Shown piece after piece: positions 23,466 to 26,418 of a DNA stretch of 26,418 nucleotides. The stretch's first letter is position 1. Each line of letters starts with the position of its first letter. A model generated the notes under the pieces. It did not search any database. It saw only the letters and a list, made by a program, of their open reading frames with translations, and was not told the DNA's origin. This DNA comes from an uncultured Planctomycetaceae bacterium (GTDB lineage Bacteria > Planctomycetota > Planctomycetia > Pirellulales > Thermoguttaceae). Location of the stretch: assembly GCA_964467075.1 (NCBI GenBank), contig CAYXPN010000017.1:5051-31468 (forward strand). The letters run 5' to 3'. A program made the position numbers and the translations under genes.

Positions 23466-25979
23466 ATGACCATGATCAACCCGCGGAACCCCAACCAGCG
23501 ATTCTGGCTTCCAGCAGTGCTGGGCGTGTGGCTCCCTCTGGCCGGCTGGGCCGCCGCGGCAGAGTCGCCTGCTGGGAATCCCGCCGCGGAGCCCGGACCG
23601 GTGCTGAGCGAAGCGCTGGCCGGCCCACTGGCGCACGTGGAGGACGTGGTATTCGCCGTCCGCTTGCCCTACGACGACCCCCACTGGTACGCCAACATCG
23701 GGTACTACTGCGACGACGAGCAGCACAAAGCGTACGCGGGCAACGGCCGGCCCGACGTCGGGCGGTTGTGCAAGCTGCAAATCCGGACCGGCAAGGTAAC
23801 CGCGCTGTTGGACGCGCCGGGCGGTTCGGTGCGCGACCCACAGGTTCACTACGACGCCCGGAAGGTGCTCTTCTCGTTCCGCCCGCCCGGGTCGGACCAC
23901 TACCACCTCTACGAAATCGGCCTGAACGGTCAAGGGCTGCGCCAGATCACCTCGGGCGATTACGACGACTACGAGCCCGCGTATCTTCCCGACGGCAGGA
24001 TCGTGTTTGTTTCGACGCGGTGCAATTGCTGGGTCAACTGCTGGATGACTCAGGTGGGCGTGCTCTACCGGTGCGACGCGGACGGGGGGAACATCGAGCG
24101 CGTGTCCTACAGCCCCGAGCACGACAACACGCCGTGGGTGCTGCCCGACGGGCGCATCCTCTACACGCGCTGGGAGTACGTCGACCGAAGCCAGGTCGAT
24201 TTCCATCACCTGTGGACGATGAATCCCGACGGCACCTCCCAGATGGTCCTCTACGGCAACATGCACCCTCGGGTGGTGATGATCGACGCGAAGCCGATTC
24301 CCCACAGCAACAAGATTGTGGCTTCCTTCTCTCCCGGCCACGGGGTGACCGACCACAAGGGCATCGCGACCGTGCTTACGCCGGCCGCCGGGCCCGATCA
24401 GCAGGCCGCCGCGGTGGCCCTCCACGAGCGCCCGCTGGTGGAGGACCCTTATCCGCTTTCGGAAGACTGTTTCCTGGCGGCTCGCGGCAAGCAGATTCTG
24501 GTGATGAACGGGTCGGGCGAGACGGAGCCACTACTGACGTGGCCCGAGGATGGCGACGTTCGCGAGCCGCGGCCCGTGGTGGCGCGGCCGCGCGAACGGG
24601 TGATCCCGGACCGTGCCGATCCGAGTCAGCGCACGGGACGATTCGTGCTTACGGACGTCTACCACGGGCGCAACATGGCCGGCGTGCGCCGCGGCGAGAT
24701 TCGCAAACTGCTGGTGCTGGAAATCCTTCCCAAGCAGGTGAACTTCAGCGGCGGGCAGGATTTGACCTCTTGGCTGGGGACCTTCACGCTGGAACGGGTG
24801 CTGGGAACCGTGCCCGTGGAGCCCGACGGCTCGGCCTACTTCGAGGCTCCGGCGGGACGCCCGATCTTCTTCGTAGCGCTGGACGAGCACGACCTGTCGG
24901 TCAAGCGCATGCAGAGCTTCACCAACGTGGCGCCGGGTGAGGTGCTGGGCTGCGTGGGTTGCCACGAATCGAGGACCGACACGCCGGAGAGCCGCACGGC
25001 GCGGGACCTGCTGGCGCTGCGCCGCGCGCCCAGCCCGATCGATCCCTTCGAGGATTTCCCCGACGTGCTGGACTTCCACCGCGACGTCCAGCCGATCCTC
25101 GACAAGCACTGCGTGGCCTGTCACGACTACGACAGTCGGTCGGGCAACGTCCTGCTGACCGGCGACCTGGGGCCCGTCTGGTCCCACAGCTACTTCTCGC
25201 TGCTTGCGCATCGGCAAGTTGCGGACGGCCACAACGGACTGGGCAACCAGCCGCCGCGTGCTCTGGGCAGTTCGGCCAGCGCGCTGCTCGAAAAACTGCA
25301 AGAGAGCCACTATGAAGTGAAGGTATCGGCGGAAGAGTGGCGCACCGTGTGGCTTTGGATCGAGAGCGGCGCGCCCTACGCCGGCTCGTACGCGGGCTTG
25401 CGCAACAAGGAGACGCAGGAGATCGCGGGAAGAGCCGTCGCCGCCGTCTTCTCGCAGGGCGCCGCGGTGCTCAACCGCGGCTGCCGCGGGTGTCACGCCG
25501 CCGAGGAAGCCGACAGCGGGCAGGCACCGCCGCTGCCGCTGAGGTTCGAAGTGCGATACAACAGCCGCGGCACGGATCGACCCATGGCGCCGTACGAACG
25601 GATTGTGCTTGCGGACGACCCTCTCGCCAGGTTCAGCAGCAACATCCTGCTCAATTTCTCGCGTCCTTCGCTCTCCCCGCTGCTCCTGGGACCATTGGCC
25701 AAGCAGGCGGGCGGCTGGGGCAGTTGCGGGCACGTGTTCGCGGACACCGACGATCCTGACTACCGGTTGCTGTTGGCCGCCTTGCAGAAGGGCAAGGCCG
25801 AGATCGACGCCGCGCCGCGCTACGCAACCCCGGGATTCCGGCCCAACCGGCAATACATCCGCGAACTGAAGAGATACGGGGTGTTGCCCGCTTCCTTCGA
25901 CATCGCGAGAGAGGAGCTCGACGTGTTCCAGGCCGACCAGGCGTACTGGAAGTCTGTCTGGCTCAGACCGCAGAGATAG
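23466..25979 (+). CDS. Secreted beta-propeller (PD40/TolB-like) protein with a C-terminal c-type cytochrome region carrying three CXXCH haem-binding motifs
   Basis: Signal peptide MTMINPRNPNQRFWLPAVLGVWLPLAGWAAAAE. Repeated PDG(R/T)IxF(x)S / YxxDxxG propeller-blade motifs (LPDGRIVFVSTR, LPDGRILYTRWEY, MNPDGTSQMVLY). CXXCH motifs at nt 24948-24962 (CVGCH), 25110-25124 (CVACH) and 25483-25497 (CRGCH). The start could be the second ATG at 23472 (better Shine-Dalgarno spacing). Confidence 0.8.
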   Translation: MTMINPRNPNQRFWLPAVLGVWLPLAGWAAAAESPAGNPAAEPGPVLSEALAGPLAHVEDVVFAVRLPYDDPHWYANIGYYCDDEQHKAYAGNGRPDVGRLCKLQIRTGKVTALLDAPGGSVRDPQVHYDARKVLFSFRPPGSDHYHLYEIGLNGQGLRQITSGDYDDYEPAYLPDGRIVFVSTRCNCWVNCWMTQVGVLYRCDADGGNIERVSYSPEHDNTPWVLPDGRILYTRWEYVDRSQVDFHHLWTMNPDGTSQMVLYGNMHPRVVMIDAKPIPHSNKIVASFSPGHGVTDHKGIATVLTPAAGPDQQAAAVALHERPLVEDPYPLSEDCFLAARGKQILVMNGSGETEPLLTWPEDGDVREPRPVVARPRERVIPDRADPSQRTGRFVLTDVYHGRNMAGVRRGEIRKLLVLEILPKQVNFSGGQDLTSWLGTFTLERVLGTVPVEPDGSAYFEAPAGRPIFFVALDEHDLSVKRMQSFTNVAPGEVLGCVGCHESRTDTPESRTARDLLALRRAPSPIDPFEDFPDVLDFHRDVQPILDKHCVACHDYDSRSGNVLLTGDLGPVWSHSYFSLLAHRQVADGHNGLGNQPPRALGSSASALLEKLQESHYEVKVSAEEWRTVWLWIESGAPYAGSYAGLRNKETQEIAGRAVAAVFSQGAAVLNRGCRGCHAAEEADSGQAPPLPLRFEVRYNSRGTDRPMAPYERIVLADDPLARFSSNILLNFSRPSLSPLLLGPLAKQAGGWGSCGHVFADTDDPDYRLLLAALQKGKAEIDAAPRYATPGFRPNRQYIRELKRYGVLPASFDIAREELDVFQADQAYWKSVWLRPQR

Positions 25980-26011
25980 AGTCCCGCCAGAAGGGGACCG
26001 CAGAGATAGAG
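25966..26011. repeat. 16-bp direct repeat gaccgcagagatagag x2 (25966-25981, 25996-26011) overlapping the stop codon of the cytochrome gene, with the small hairpin gtccc-gccagaag-gggac between copies
   Basis: Direct reading. Confidence 0.8.
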
Positions 26012-26159
26012 CGAATCGGCTGTCAACCACTTTCAGCGCCAACGAAAAACGTAACACTTCGGCCATGTGGAGTGCCCCGAAGAGCAAAGGCATTGCCCTC
26101 CGACGGCTCTAAATCACCGTGCGCGATTCGGGTACAGGTCGCGGCCAATCAGTTTAACG

Positions 26160-26186
26160 GCAAGCCGCAGGCGCTTTTTTTTCGCG
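26160..26186 (+). terminator. Possible terminator: GC-rich segment followed by a T8 run (26175-26182), downstream of the cytochrome gene
   Basis: ggcaagccgcaggcgc then tttttttt. Only a weak 3-bp stem can be drawn, so this rests mainly on the U-tract. Confidence 0.3.
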
Positions 26187-26194
26187 TTCCCTCT

Positions 26195-26220
26195 CACTTC
26201 AGACGGCTGAAGTGATACGT
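26195..26220. repeat. Copy 2 of the 26-bp cttcagacggctgaag palindromic motif
   Basis: cacttcagacggctgaagtgatacgt, a direct repeat of 22260-22285 (23/26 identical). Confidence 0.8.
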
Positions 26221-26295
26221 CGCAAGTCGGAAGCTGGAGATGCGGTGCGGATTGCCCTGCTTGATGCGCGCACCGCGCGAAGAAGCCACAGTCCC

Positions 26296-26418
26296 GGGCT
26301 CTATTGCGCGGGTCCGTCGGGCCGCGGGCGGCAGGTCCGGCGGATCGTCTCGACCAGTGCCCGGGCCGGGGCGTGTTTGCTCACAAAGGCCACGGCCCCG
26401 GCCTTGAGCATGGCCCGG
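26296..26418 (-). CDS. Possible 3' end (last ~40 codons) of a response-regulator receiver-domain gene that continues beyond the window
   Basis: The reverse complement reads ...AMLKAGAVAFVSKHAPARALVETIRRTCRPRPDGPAQ*. The LKAGAxxFxxK pattern is typical of the receiver alpha4-beta5 region. The fragment is very short and truncated by the window edge. Confidence 0.3.

Overview
This is a high-GC (~68-72%) bacterial chromosomal window whose gene content looks Planctomycete-like. Its coding genes carry a strong GC3 bias, so long spurious antisense ORFs appear opposite most of them.

Reading left to right:

- **1-6409, minus strand:** a flagellar regulatory cluster. It runs from a large membrane-anchored TPR protein through a small coiled-coil FlgN-like protein, a sensor-less cytoplasmic histidine kinase and a sigma-54 NtrC-type response regulator to flgB. 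A hairpin-repeat element flanked by 27-bp direct repeats sits between the FlgN-like gene and the kinase.
- **6410-12478:** a type I sulfatase, a tail-anchored multi-zinc-ribbon protein with a DUF2007-like N-terminus, a GT2 glycosyltransferase and a DUF72 protein. The gaps between these genes hold three more copies of the same composite palindromic (REP-like) repeat family.
- **12479-14982:** argC and argJ.
- **15064-16518:** the most interesting locus. It is a compositionally foreign (~56% GC, A/T-ending codons) single-gene insertion between argJ and a Kef-type antiporter. The protein has an N-terminal RecB/Cas4-like PD-(D/E)xK nuclease motif set (E...PD...EVK...QxxxY) and a ~350-aa C-terminal part I cannot recognise. 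I read it as a candidate orphan or defence-type nuclease island.
- **16699-20868:** the Kef-type K+/H+ antiporter, then an NfeD/YqiJ-flotillin pair with overlapping start and stop codons.
- **20869-22767:** an unusually long (~1.9 kb) hairpin-dense region with no convincing protein-coding gene, leading up to a tRNA-Arg(CCT) at 22768-22840. It includes a perfect 22-bp-stem hairpin directly upstream of an AT-rich 49-codon ORF and a ~125-nt nested palindrome.
- **23466-25979:** a secreted beta-propeller protein with three C-terminal CXXCH haem motifs. A 26-bp palindromic direct repeat sits at 22260 and again at 26195, bracketing the tRNA and this gene.

No CRISPR array, integrase or transposase is evident. 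No convincing sigma-54 promoter consensus was found despite the NtrC-type regulator.
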